In this document: one piece after another, positions 28,699-40,100 of the stretch | Layout: each line of letters begins with the position of its first letter | Position numbering within the stretch: the stretch's first letter is position 1 | NCBI GenBank assembly: GCA_963710755.1 | Contig: CAVQBK010000004.1 | Span: 160,001-224,000, forward strand | Source: an uncultured bacterium | GTDB taxonomy: Bacteria > Oederibacteriota > JAAXVQ01 > JAUVAV01 | Reading direction: 5' to 3' | DNA: 64,000 bases | Notes under the pieces: generated by a model | What the model was told of the DNA's origin: nothing | Databases searched by the model: none | The model's input: the letters and a program-made list of their open reading frames with translations, nothing else | Translations under genes and position numbers: made by a program

Positions 28699-28728
28699 TT
28701 GACGGGTTAATTTTTCCTGTTGTATCAT
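28699..28728 (+). promoter_or_regulatory. Putative sigma70 promoter of hppA
   Basis: TTGACG - 18 nt - TATCAT. Confidence 0.4.
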
Positions 28729-28898
28729 TCTGCGCGATTGATTTTTTTCAACCAGCACTTTTCCAAACGGGCTTGCCTAACACGGGGACATTTTCCAATT
28801 AAAAATTCAACCTGGTAGTGCGCTTGAAAGAGGCTGAAATCCATATACCTGTTACCTAGCAAAACCTGTCCGGGGGACAAAAAACACGAGGAGGAAAA

Positions 28899-30998
28899 AT
28901 GAATCTGGAAATGATGATTTACTTGGTGCCTGTAGCGGGCATTCTTGCATTGGCTTATGCTTACTTTAAGACTTTGCAAATCAACAAAGCCGACAGCGGC
29001 ACAGATAAGATGAGGGTGATTGGCGGGCATATTCGGGAAGGCGCCATGGCCTTTTTGGCCCGTGAATATAAAGTATTGGCCGTCTTTGTGGCGGCCGTGG
29101 CGCTCCTGCTGGCCTTCGGTAATGCCCATATGCAAGATTCCAGCTGGATGGTGGGTTTGTCCTTTATGGTCGGTGCCATTTGCTCTGGCTTAGCCGGATT
29201 TTTCGGGATGCGGGTGGCCACCTCGGCCAATTATCGCACCACTGCCGCCGCCCGCACCAGCCTGAATGCGGCCCTGAACATTGCCTTTGGCGGCGGGTCG
29301 GTCATGGGCATGAGCGTGGTGGGTTTGGCCACTTTGGGTCTGGGATTGTTGCTCATCCTTTACACCAATCTCTGGAATTTCACGGGCAATGAAACGGCCA
29401 TCGTCATTAATACTTTAGCGGGCTTCTCCTTGGGTGCCAGCTCCATTGCCTTGTTCGCGCGCGTGGGCGGCGGCATCTATACCAAGGCTGCCGATGTGGG
29501 CGCTGATTTGGTGGGCAAGGTCGAAGCCGGCATTCCGGAAGATGACCCCCGCAACCCGGCCACCATTGCCGATAATGTGGGCGACAATGTGGGTGACGTA
29601 GCCGGCATGGGCGCGGACCTCTTTGAATCCTATGTGGGCTCTATCGTCGGGGCGATGGTGTTGGGCGCAGTGCTGGTACCGGCTATCGCGGCCGTTAATC
29701 CGGCCATGAAGTTCAATGCAATTATGCTGCCCTTTGTAGTGGCGGCCGCCGGGATCGTACTATCTATTATTGGGACCTTTTTTGTCCGCACCAAGGAAGG
29801 GGGTAATCCCCAGACCGCTCTGAATTTGGGAACCTTCCTGACGGCAGGCTTAATGACCATCCTGACCATCTTTTTAATCAAGGTCATGCTGCCCTCCCAA
29901 TTCGCTATGGACGGCAAGACCTACCACTGGTGGGGCATTGCCCTGGCCACGGTTATTGGTTTGGTCGCAGGCTTGCTCATTGCCGGGGTAACGGAATACT
30001 ACACCGCAGAGAACCGCAAACCATCCCAGAGCATTGCCGAAGCCTCGCTGACCGGCAGTGCCACCAATATCATTAAAGGCCTTGCCATTGGCATGCAGTC
30101 TACCGCCTGGCCGCTGTTGGTGATTGCCATTGCCATTATCATTGCTTATCAATTCGCCGGGCTTTATGGCATTGCCATCGGCGCTTTGGGCATGCTTTCC
30201 ACCACAGGGATTCAGCTGGCCGTGGATGCCTACGGACCTATTGCCGACAATGCCGGTGGCATTGCCGAGATGAGCGGGTTGCCCAAGGAAGTACGCCAGC
30301 GCACGGACCGGTTGGACGCTGTCGGCAATACCACTGCGGCTATTGGCAAAGGCTTTGCCATTGGCTCGGCCGCGCTGACGGCTTTGGCCTTGTTCTCCGC
30401 TTTTCGCTCCCAAGTGGGCCTGACGACGATTGATATTTCCGATCCCGTGGTTATGGCCGGCTTGTTTGTGGGTGGTATGTTGCCTTTTCTTTTCTCCTCT
30501 TTTGCCATGAATGCTGTAGGTCGTGCGGCTCAGGCCATGATCGCTGAAGTGCGCCGTCAATTTAAGGAAATTCCCGGTCTGATGGAAGGTAAGACTCCGG
30601 CGGAATATGCCAAGTGCGTGGACATTTCTACTACCGCCGCTATTCACGAAATGATCGTTCCCGGCTTGATGGCCATCCTTACGCCAGTGGCTGTGGGCTT
30701 CTTAAGCATTAAAGCTTTGGGTGGTCTCCTGGCCGGCGTAACCGTCAGTGGTGTGCTCATGGCCTTGTTTATGGCCAATGCCGGCGGTTCCTGGGATAAT
30801 GCCAAGAAACATATTGAAGGCGGCGCCCATGGCGGCAAGGGTTCGGATGCCCACAAAGCAGCTGTGGTGGGTGATACCGTAGGGGATCCTTTTAAGGACA
30901 CCGCCGGCCCGTCGCTGAATATTTTGATAAAATTGATGAGCGTGGTTTCCCTGGTGTTGGCGCCTATTTTTGTCAAATGGGGCAACCTGTTGTTCTAA
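28899..30998 (+). CDS. hppA: Membrane-bound ion-translocating pyrophosphatase, K+-dependent, probably Na+-pumping
   Basis: [44 protein letters not shown] signature. GNTTAA (Ala, K+-dependent type). DLFESY places Glu as in Na+-PPases. GGAGG RBS. Confidence 0.95.
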   Translation: MNLEMMIYLVPVAGILALAYAYFKTLQINKADSGTDKMRVIGGHIREGAMAFLAREYKVLAVFVAAVALLLAFGNAHMQDSSWMVGLSFMVGAICSGLAGFFGMRVATSANYRTTAAARTSLNAALNIAFGGGSVMGMSVVGLATLGLGLLLILYTNLWNFTGNETAIVINTLAGFSLGASSIALFARVGGGIYTKAADVGADLVGKVEAGIPEDDPRNPATIADNVGDNVGDVAGMGADLFESYVGSIVGAMVLGAVLVPAIAAVNPAMKFNAIMLPFVVAAAGIVLSIIGTFFVRTKEGGNPQTALNLGTFLTAGLMTILTIFLIKVMLPSQFAMDGKTYHWWGIALATVIGLVAGLLIAGVTEYYTAENRKPSQSIAEASLTGSATNIIKGLAIGMQSTAWPLLVIAIAIIIAYQFAGLYGIAIGALGMLSTTGIQLAVDAYGPIADNAGGIAEMSGLPKEVRQRTDRLDAVGNTTAAIGKGFAIGSAALTALALFSAFRSQVGLTTIDISDPVVMAGLFVGGMLPFLFSSFAMNAVGRAAQAMIAEVRRQFKEIPGLMEGKTPAEYAKCVDISTTAAIHEMIVPGLMAILTPVAVGFLSIKALGGLLAGVTVSGVLMALFMANAGGSWDNAKKHIEGGAHGGKGSDAHKAAVVGDTVGDPFKDTAGPSLNILIKLMSVVSLVLAPIFVKWGNLLF

Positions 30999-31013
30999 AT
31001 TAAGGTAGCAGGT

Positions 31014-31050
31014 AAAAGCGGTGCCGGGCAATACCGGCACCGCTTTTTTT
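31014..31050 (+). terminator. Intrinsic terminator (possibly bidirectional)
   Basis: AAAAGCGGTGCCGG-loop-CCGGCACCGCTTTTTTT between convergent genes. Confidence 0.85.
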
Positions 31051-31082
31051 ATGTGCAATGCAAGCCGTCCTCGGGGCAAGGG

Positions 31083-31898
31083 TTATTTTTTACGATGGTG
31101 GTCGGAAGAATTCATGATAGGCATCACGTCCTGAACTGACGGATTGACCAGCAGAGCATGTAACTGTTCCGGTTGGTCGGTCGTAATCCAGTTGGCCCCT
31201 TGTTTCACCAGCATAGTGGCCGTTTGGGGACTGTTGACAGTCCAGACCGCCACTTTAATGCCAGCTTTAACCAGGCTATAAAAGAGCTTGTCCAGCACAT
31301 GAAACTGCTTGTCAAAGAGACGCAGCCAATGGCGGTTGAAAAAAACCGCACTGATACTGATTTGCTGGTGGGTGCTAAGGATATGACGGATGAATGCGTT
31401 TACTTCCTGACGGCTGCGGGGGCGCAAGTAACCATAGCTTTCATCGTAGAGCAAACCCAAGGCCAGGCTGGGCGAAAGGCTGCGCAGCCGTTTCAAGAAA
31501 CGGCCCTTGACGGTGCTGATAATAACATGATCCAACAAATGATAGCTGTCCAACAATGCAAACAGCAAATCCGCGTCCGCATCGGCCAGCCAATGGCCAT
31601 GATATTTTTGCACCTTGACGTCCAAGTGCAGCCTGAGGTCCGCGTCCGCTACCTGTTGGAAAACCTGCTCCAGAGTCAATACCTGGCCGTCCAATTGCGC
31701 AAAGGTCTGACGGCTTATTTTTTTTAAATGGAAAGTGTAATTGTGATGAGCCACCAGAATGCGGTCTGCAGTCATCCGTACATCGCATTCCATCATGACC
31801 TCACGATGGAGGCGATGAAAAGCAATGGCTTCCTCTATGCTGGCCTGGTCATTACAACGGTGGATGATCAAATGGAGTCGTTGGTCATAAACATTCAT
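31083..31898 (-). CDS. Glycerophosphodiester phosphodiesterase family protein (divergent)
   Basis: IIHR...MECDVRMTAD..LVAHH...LHLDVK...VAVWTVN...GANWITTDQP. Confidence 0.8.
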   Translation of the reverse strand: MNVYDQRLHLIIHRCNDQASIEEAIAFHRLHREVMMECDVRMTADRILVAHHNYTFHLKKISRQTFAQLDGQVLTLEQVFQQVADADLRLHLDVKVQKYHGHWLADADADLLFALLDSYHLLDHVIISTVKGRFLKRLRSLSPSLALGLLYDESYGYLRPRSRQEVNAFIRHILSTHQQISISAVFFNRHWLRLFDKQFHVLDKLFYSLVKAGIKVAVWTVNSPQTATMLVKQGANWITTDQPEQLHALLVNPSVQDVMPIMNSSDHHRKK

Positions 31899-32035
31899 GG
31901 TGGTTCCTTTACAGCACCATTAAGGATCTTTGGCCGTCCAGAATACCAGTACGGTCGGCCTTCACTTATTATTATAACCTCAGGTTGAGAACAAACCCAA
32001 GATTTTCATTTTACCAAACAGAGGCATAAAAAAAC

Positions 32036-32065
32036 TTGCCTCAGCTTCTTGGTCCGGTCTATAAT
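32036..32065 (+). promoter_or_regulatory. Putative sigma70 promoter of the pfa cluster
   Basis: TTGCCT - 18 nt - TATAAT, about 255 nt upstream of pfaD. Confidence 0.45.
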
Positions 32066-32319
32066 CTATTTCGGTGTAGCTGGTTCCTTTTCCCATGCCA
32101 CCTCCCTTTCTGGAGAAGGCCATCGCAGTCGAGCACCTCAACTTCACACCTTTTTATGCTGCAAGCATGGCTGACGACATGACCTTTCCCAACCCGCGTG
32201 ATAACCAGCACTCTATTCCCAACCCCGGTGTTTCGTGGGTACGGGCCGAACTACCTATAATAGGTTGAAACAGAATTCCTTCTCACTTAAAGGACAAAGC
32301 ACGATGGCTTGGAAAGGAT

Positions 32320-33942
32320 TTGCTGTTGATTAGCCAAAATTATTGGATTAAAACCACGGCACTTCCCATCTTTGAACCCCGTACTTTCCCTTCTTTAATC
32401 CACCACTTACGACAACCGCTTTATATCCTCTTCGATCAGTCGCAGGCTAAAATGGGCTTGGCCCCGGCGGGCCGGGTTCAAGCCCACCTGCCCAACGGCT
32501 CGGAACACCATTACCCCCTTATCGGTTTATTGCCGCCCCTCTATCCGGAATGGTTGGGCGACCGCTCTTTCCAGGAATGCCATCAGGTCCGGTTTGCCTA
32601 TGTGGGCGGGGCCATGGCCAGGGGCATTACCTCGGTGGCCATGGTTATAGCCTTGGCCCATGCCGGCATGCTGGGCTTTTTCGGATCAGCCGGGGTACCC
32701 TTGCCGGAGACGGAAAAAGCACTGCGCCAACTCAGTTCGGCCCTCGATCCCAAGGGCTTAAGCTGGGGAGTCAATCTCATTCACACGCCCCATGATCCGG
32801 GGCTGGAAGAAAAAACCGTGGAGTTGTATTTAACCCTGGGGGTGCGCCGTCTTTCAGCCGCGGCCTTTACGGCCATTACGCCCAGTTTGGTTTGTTTTGC
32901 GGCCAAAGGATTGAAGCGCCATACTGATGGGTCGGTCATAAGACCCCATAGGATCTTTGCCAAAATATCCAGACCCGAAGTGGCCCAAGGCTTTATGGAG
33001 CCGGCGCCCCAGGCCATGCTGGATGAATTGGTGCGTAGGCAAAAACTGAGTTTGGATGAAGCCGTCCTGGCCCGCACTTTGCCAATGGCGGAAGATATCA
33101 CCGTGGAAGCTGATTCAGGCGGACATACGGATAACCGGCCCTTGTCTGTGTTATTTCCAGCCTTGGCCATGCTGCGTGACCGCTTGGTTCAACGCCACCA
33201 GTATACCAGACCGATTCGCCTGGGCGCTGCCGGCGGGATCAGCACACCTGCGGCCGCAGCTTCGGCTTTTGCCATGGGGGCAGCCTATGTGTTGGTAGGA
33301 ACGGCGCATCAAGCCTGCGTGGAATCAGGACTGTCCCGCATAGGCAAGGAAATGCTCGGCCGCGCCACGCTCTCCGATGTGATGATGACCGCTTCAGCTG
33401 ACTTGTTTGAATTGGGCGGCAAGGTGCAGGTACTCAAGCACGGCACGCTGATGGGTGTTCGGGGTAATCAACTCTACCAACTTTACCTGCAGTATGACCG
33501 TCTACAAGCTATTCCGCAAGCCCAGCGCCGCCAATTGGAAGCCACCATTTTCAACACCTCTCTGGAAGAAGTGTGGGCCAAGACCGAGGCCTTTTTCAGT
33601 GCCAATGATCCTCAAAAACTGGCCCTGGCCAATAAGGATGAAAAATTCAAAATGGCTCTGGTCTTTCGCTGGTATCTGGGCAACAGCAGCAAATGGGCCA
33701 TTACAGGAGAGCCGGGCAGACAAGCTGATTATCAAATATGGTGCGGACCGGCCATAGGCGCTTTTAATCAATGGTGCCAGGGCAGTTTTTTGGAGCCCCT
33801 GGAGCAGCGCACGGTGGCCCAAGTTGGTCTCAACCTCATGGAAGGCGCGGCCAAGGTTACTCGTGCCCAGCAATGCAAAACCTTCGGGCTGTCCGTACCG
33901 GCCGGGGCTTTTGATTGCCGGCCTGAACCGTTAACATTGTAA
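32320..33942 (+). CDS. pfaD: PfaD-family enoyl reductase (FabK-like) of PUFA synthase
   Basis: LGDRSF...YVGGAMARGITS...WGVNLIH...IFAKISRPEVA...TVEADSGGHTDNRP...GAAGGI...QIWCGPAIGAFNQW. TTG start uncertain (32320 or 32326). Confidence 0.93.
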   Translation: MLLISQNYWIKTTALPIFEPRTFPSLIHHLRQPLYILFDQSQAKMGLAPAGRVQAHLPNGSEHHYPLIGLLPPLYPEWLGDRSFQECHQVRFAYVGGAMARGITSVAMVIALAHAGMLGFFGSAGVPLPETEKALRQLSSALDPKGLSWGVNLIHTPHDPGLEEKTVELYLTLGVRRLSAAAFTAITPSLVCFAAKGLKRHTDGSVIRPHRIFAKISRPEVAQGFMEPAPQAMLDELVRRQKLSLDEAVLARTLPMAEDITVEADSGGHTDNRPLSVLFPALAMLRDRLVQRHQYTRPIRLGAAGGISTPAAAASAFAMGAAYVLVGTAHQACVESGLSRIGKEMLGRATLSDVMMTASADLFELGGKVQVLKHGTLMGVRGNQLYQLYLQYDRLQAIPQAQRRQLEATIFNTSLEEVWAKTEAFFSANDPQKLALANKDEKFKMALVFRWYLGNSSKWAITGEPGRQADYQIWCGPAIGAFNQWCQGSFLEPLEQRTVAQVGLNLMEGAAKVTRAQQCKTFGLSVPAGAFDCRPEPLTL

Positions 33943-33966
33943 ATGCTGTTATTAGTGGATAGTTTC

Positions 33967-34128
33967 TGTTGCGGATTGGTGGTGGTTTAGTCCTTGGGCG
34001 GTCGTCGGTTTGCAGAGCAAACCACCTCAGAGAAAAAAACCGCTCGCTGAAGCGGTTTTTTTCAATGCCGCCTAAGGACTGGACCACCACCATGACAGTC
34101 GATTAACAAAAATAGTCTTTCCGCAACA
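33967..34128 (+). other. Multi-branch structured RNA element between pfaD and pfaA, containing a terminator-like hairpin
   Basis: 25-bp stem 33977-34001/34068-34092 with three G-U pairs, two inner hairpins and an outer 9-bp stem. Confidence 0.55.
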
Positions 34129-34164
34129 AGAACCACATAGGTTATTTCATTGGCGGAGGTAAGC

Positions 34165-37100
34165 ATGGAAAAAGCAGTGCATCAATTGGAAGCGCCTATT
34201 GCCGTGGTGGGCCTGAGTGCTTTATTTCCGGGCTCCCAGGAGGTGGCCGGATTTTGGGCGGATATTGTAACCGGTAAAAATATGATTACCCAGGTGCCGC
34301 CAACCCACTGGCTGGTGGATGATTATTATGATCCTTCGCCCGGACAGGAGGGCAAGGTTTACGCCAAGACCGGCGCTTTCTTGCAGGACGTGGATTTTGA
34401 TCCTTTGACTTTTGGCATTCCACCCAAACTGCTGAGCTCCATTGATACTGTGCAATTGCTGGCTTTGTTGGGAGCCCAGCAATTGCTGGACCGGTTACCC
34501 AGCATGCAAAAGCAGCTTCTGGACCGCAGTAAAACCAGCGTCATCCTGGGTGTGGCTGCAGGCACCGAGTTGATCAGTGAAATGGCCGCGAAAATTCAAT
34601 ATCCCATCTGGGTCAAAGTACTCAGGGAAAAGGGCCTGCCTGAAACCCAGGTCCAGGATATATGCCGCAGTATCAGCAGTCATTACGTGCCCTGGGACGA
34701 AAATACTTTTCCCGGCTTGCTGGCCAATGTGGTGGCCGGCCGCATTGCCAACCGGCTCAATCTGGGTGGCACCAACTGCACCGTGGATGCTGCATGCGCC
34801 AGCAGTTTAGCGGCCGTGGCCATGGCCGTGCAGGAACTGCGTCTGGGCCATACGGATCTGGCTATTACCGGCGGATGTGATGCGCTTAATGACATTTTCA
34901 TGTACATGTGTTTCAGTCAAACCCATGCCCTGTCGCGCAGCGGCGACTGCCGCCCCTTTTCCGATCAGGCTGATGGCACGGTGCTGGGCGAAGGCTTGGG
35001 CTTGCTGGGCCTCAGACGCTTGCAGGACGCCGAGCGCGACCAAGATCCTATTCTGGCGGTAATCCATGGCATTGGCAGCGCCAGCGATGGCAAGGCTAAA
35101 AGCATTTATGCCCCGGTAGCCAGCGGCCAGGCTTTGGCCATCAAGCGTGCTTATGAACGGTCGCCTTACAATCTGAAAGAAGTGGAATTGATCGAAGCCC
35201 ATGGCACGGGCACGGCCGCAGGCGATGTGGCTGAAGTGGAAGGCCTGCAGCTGGCTTTTCGCGACAGTGGAGCCAAACCCCAGCCTTATTGCGCTCTGGG
35301 ATCCGTGAAATCCCAAATGGGGCATACCAAGTCTGCTGCCGGGGCTGCCGGCTTGATCAAAGCCATCCTCAGCCTGCATCACAAAATCCTGCCGCCTACC
35401 ATCAAAATCACCAAGCCCAATCCCACCTTAAATCTGGAGCAAAGTCCGCTTTATCTTAACACCGAAGCCCGGCCGTGGATTCATATGCCGCAAAGCACGC
35501 GCAAAGCCGGCGTGAGTGCCTTTGGCTTTGGCGGCAGTAATTTCCACATTACTATGGAAGAATATAAAGGCCCTCATCAGGCTGACCGTTTTTATTCAGC
35601 CCCTGTAAGCCTGGTGCTGCTGTCGGCTGACAACCAACAGGCCTTGGAAGAGCGCCTCAGGCAACTTCTGCAAGATCTGGAACAGATGACACTAACTTAC
35701 CTGGCCAAGACCAGCCAATTAAATTTCCGGGCTCAGCAACCGCTGCGGCTGGCGCTGCTCATGAAGGATGCCCATGTGGGCCGATCTTTGGCGCAACAAT
35801 GCCTGCAGAAAATAAATCAAGCACCCAGCGAGGCCTTCAGTTTAGCCGGTCAGGCCTACTTCCAGACAACAGCAACCATGCCCAAAATTGCCCTGCTGTT
35901 CCCGGGCCAAGGCAGCCAATACGTGGGCATGACCAAAGACCTTTGCCTGGCTTTTGACGCCGCGCGCTCCATTTGGGATCAAAGCCTGGCCTGGCAGGCT
36001 GCTGATGCAGAGCCGGCCCTGCATGAGGTGGTATTTCCCAAACCCGTTTTTGATGACCAGGCACGGCAGGCTCAGGCAGAGACCCTTAAACAACCACAGT
36101 GGGCGCAGCCTGCTTTGGGTGCCGTGGCGCTATGTTATTGGACCTTGCTCCAACAACTTGGGATTAAACCGGCTGCTGTAGCCGGTCATAGTTATGGGGA
36201 ACTGCCGGCGCTGTTTGCAGCCGGCGCGATACCGTCGTCCCAAATGCTGCTGACCATTTCCAGAAAACGGGGCCAGCTTATGCACGATGCCTCCCATTCC
36301 TCGGGGGGCATGACCGCCGTGGCTGCCGGAATGTCCCAGGTGCAGGACCTGCTGCGCCGGCATAACTTGGACCTCACCATCGCCAATATCAACAGTCCCC
36401 GCCAAGTGGTATTGTCGGGCCCGCTGGCAACTTTGGAAGCACTGGAGAAGCAGCTGCAGGCCCAAGGCCTGGTCTTTAAACGCCTGCCCGTGGCTGCGGC
36501 TTTTCATTCGCCGAAATTGGAAACCGTAGTGCCTGCTTTTGAAGAAGTGCTTAAAATGCAAACGCTAAAGTCACCATCATGCCCGGTAATGGCCAACAGC
36601 ACGGCGGCACCCTATCCTACCCAGGCGGCGCAGGTCAGGTCCCAACTAGCCCGGCAGCTGTCCCAGCCGGTGCTGTTTGAACAACAGATCAACGCCCTCT
36701 ATGAGCAGCATCATGTTCGGCTGTTTTTAGAATGCGGACCAGGCAACGTGCTGACCGGGTTAACCCGCGATTGCCTGGCCGGCAAGCCCCACATGGCCAT
36801 TAGTCTGGACGGCGGCCGCCGGGTCAATGGGGTGACCGCTTTTTGGGATGGTCTGGCCCAATTGGCCGCAGCCGGTGTGTCCTTGACGTTTAATCCGCTC
36901 TGGGCCAACATCAGGGTTGATCAGAAACTGGTCAAGGCCTCTAAAACGTCAATTAAAATCAATGGCGCCAATGTGGGCAAACTTTATCCACCCCCAGGCG
37001 GCACTTCCGCGCTGCCTTTGCCTAATCAGGAGATGCAGCCGAGCTTGACCATGGCGCCTGCCAGTCCGGCGGCCATGACCCAGCCTGAATCAAAAAGCGA

Positions 37101-40100
37101 CCCAGCTTATCTGGCCGCCTTGGAAGCCATGCAACAAAATCTTCTGTCCGCGCAAGCCAGTTTTCAGGAAACCTTAAAAGACAGTCATCTGGCCTTCTTG
37201 AAAATGTCGGAATCCATGTTCAGTGACTTCACAGGCCAGCCTTCGTCTGCACCAGCAGCAGGTCCTCCTGCGGCCCCTGCGGAAATAGCGGCTGCTCCAC
37301 CAACATCGGCCAAGAAAGTGGCAGCACCTGAAAGCCCAAGGCCTGCGGCCAGGCCCGCGTCTTCCACGGTCTTGACGGCACCTGCTCAAGACATGAGCAA
37401 GATTATTCTGTCTGTTGTGGCGGAGAAAACAGGGTACCCGGAAGAGATGCTGACGTTGGATCAAGATTTGGAATCAGGCCTGGGCATTGATTCCATCAAG
37501 CGGGTGGAGATAGTTTCAGCCTTGCAGGCGGCTATTCCGGCCTTGGCGCAAGCGCAGCCGGAGACGTTGGCAGGCATGAGAACCTTGGGGGACATTTTAA
37601 ATTATTTAAATCAACACCAACAGGCTGCGGTTCCTGCAGCTCCAGCGCCATCACCACAACAGGATTCCAGGCAAGTGATTTTGTCCATTGTGGCGGAGAA
37701 AACAGGGTACCCGGAAGAGATGCTGACGTTGGATCAGGATTTGGAATCAGGCCTGGGCATTGATTCCATCAAGCGGGTGGAGATAGTTTCAGCCTTGCAG
37801 GCGGCTATTCCGGCCTTGGCGCAAGCGCAACCGGAGACGTTGGCAGGCATGAGAACCTTGGGGGACATTTTAAATTATTTAAATCAACACCAACAGGCTG
37901 CGGTTCCTGCAGCTCTAGTGCCATCACCACAACAGGATTCCAGGCAAGTGATCTTGTCCATTGTGGCGGAGAAAACAGGGTACCCGGAAGAGATGTTGAC
38001 ATTGGATCAAGATTTGGAATCAGGTTTAGGCATTGATTCCATCAAGCGGGTGGAGATAGTTTCAGCCTTGCAGGCGGCTATTCCGGCCTTGGCGCAAGCG
38101 CAGCCGGAGATGTTGGCAGGCATGAGAAGCCTGGGGGACATTGTGGCCTTTCTTGGAGCCGCACCCTCAGCGCCCACCATACCAGAGCCTAAGGTGCCCT
38201 TTACGCAGGAGCAAAACGTTAATAACAACAAGCCCGTAGTCTTGGAGCGGTATGTGGTCAAGGCTCGAACTGCAACGTCCTCAGGGTTGGGTTTAAAAGG
38301 GCTGGCTCCAGGCCAACAGCTTTGGCTGATTCCTGATAACCACGGCATTGCCGAGGCCTTGGCACAACGTCTCAGGGACAGTGGGCTAAACGTTAAAATC
38401 AGCTTGTCTTTGCCCCAGGAAGCAAACGCCGTAATTTACTTGCCCGGCCTTAATCGCCTTAAAGGAGAAGATTCTGTTGAAAACGCCCGCCGGATTCTCA
38501 AGGAAGCCTTTCAGGTGGCCCGGCAGATGGCCCAGGCCAATCCGGCCTTGTTGGTCGTGGCCTATGATGGTCGCATTGACCAAGACTATGGCCAGGCGAT
38601 GGTGAGTGGTCTAGGCGCCCTGGTGGCTACCGCTGGCTGGGAATGGCCGGAAACAGCCCTAAAAAGCATGGCCCTCCATTGGCAGCCTGGAGAGATCAGG
38701 ACAGCAGCGGAAACTTTATTTCAAGAACTGATCAACGGCGCGTCCGATCAGGAGGTGCTGTTGGACAACCATCTAGACCGCCGGCTGGTAGAAATGAAAA
38801 AAAAGGCGCGGTCATCCCGTCACCAACCGCTTAAAAGCGGCGATGTTGTGGTGGTAAGCGGCGGTGCCCGGGGCGTCACGGCCGCCTGCCTGCTGGCCCT
38901 GGCCAAAGAGGTTGATATTAAAATAGCCCTTTTAGGCCGAACCGCCTTGCAGACCCAATGGGCCGAGCTCGATGGATTAAACAGCGAACCTGAGCTCAAG
39001 CAGGCGCTGCTGCGCCGGCAGAAACAAGACGGTCGCACCTTGTCGGTGCTGGAGCTGGAAAAAGAGACCAAGGCTGTGCTGGCCAACCGCGAAATTCACC
39101 AGACCTTGGCTGCTTTGCAGGCGTTGGGACGGGAAGTGGATTACTTTCAAGTGGACATTAAAAACCGGCAGGAGGTGGCACACTGCCTGCAGACGGTGAG
39201 GGCCAAATGGGGTGCTGTCAATGTGCTTATTCATGGGGCCGGGGTGCTGGCTGACAAGACCATTGCCGCCAAAAGCGACGACCAATTCGACCAGGTGGTG
39301 GATACCAAGGTAATGGGCTTGCTCCATCTGTTGGATGCCACCAGGGAGGATAACCTCAGTCATCTTTGCTGCTTCTCCTCCATTGCCGGCCGTTTGGGCA
39401 ATGCCGGGCAAGTCGATTATGCCATAGCCAACCGTGCGCTCAATGCCCTGTGTCTGCAGGAAAAAGCCAGGCGGCAAGGCCGATGCGTGGTGAAAGCCAT
39501 AGGCTGGGGCCCCTGGGAAGGTGGCATGGTCACGCCGGCCCTGCAGGCTTATTTTCAGCAACAGGGACTGGGCTTGATTCCCCTGGAAGCCGGCAGTGCT
39601 GCCTTTGTGGAGGAATTGACAGAGGCGGATCCCGAGTCAGTGGATGTGCTTATCGGTGTGGCCATGACCGCGTGGCAACAAGGGCACCGTAAAAACCAAG
39701 CTCAGGCCGGCTGGTCTCTGTGGCTTCAGGCCGGCCAGCAACCGCTGATGTTGGATCATGTAATTAATCACCGGCCAGTGGTGCCCATGATGCTGGCAGT
39801 GGAATGGTGCGCCCGGGCAGCGGCCGGTCGTTATCCTGAAAAAGTCTTGACCCAAGTGGAATCGTTGCAAGTGCTCAAAGGCCTGCGACCCGATCATTTC
39901 AACGATCAGGGTACATGGCTGGAGCTCTCCTGCCGGGACGTGCAACATGAGGCAGCCGTGCAGATGCAGTTTACCTTGTCCGATCAGGCCGGACGGCCTG
40001 CGTATGTCATGACCTTGCATCTGGAAGACCGCTATCCTGCTTCAGCAGCGCCGGTGCCTTTATCTGACCTTGAGCCTTGGCCCATGACCGATGTTTATGG

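Noticed and set aside
32072-32150. tRNA gene (GGTGTAGC start)
   Set aside because: No T-loop (GTTCRA), no cloverleaf and no acceptor-stem match.
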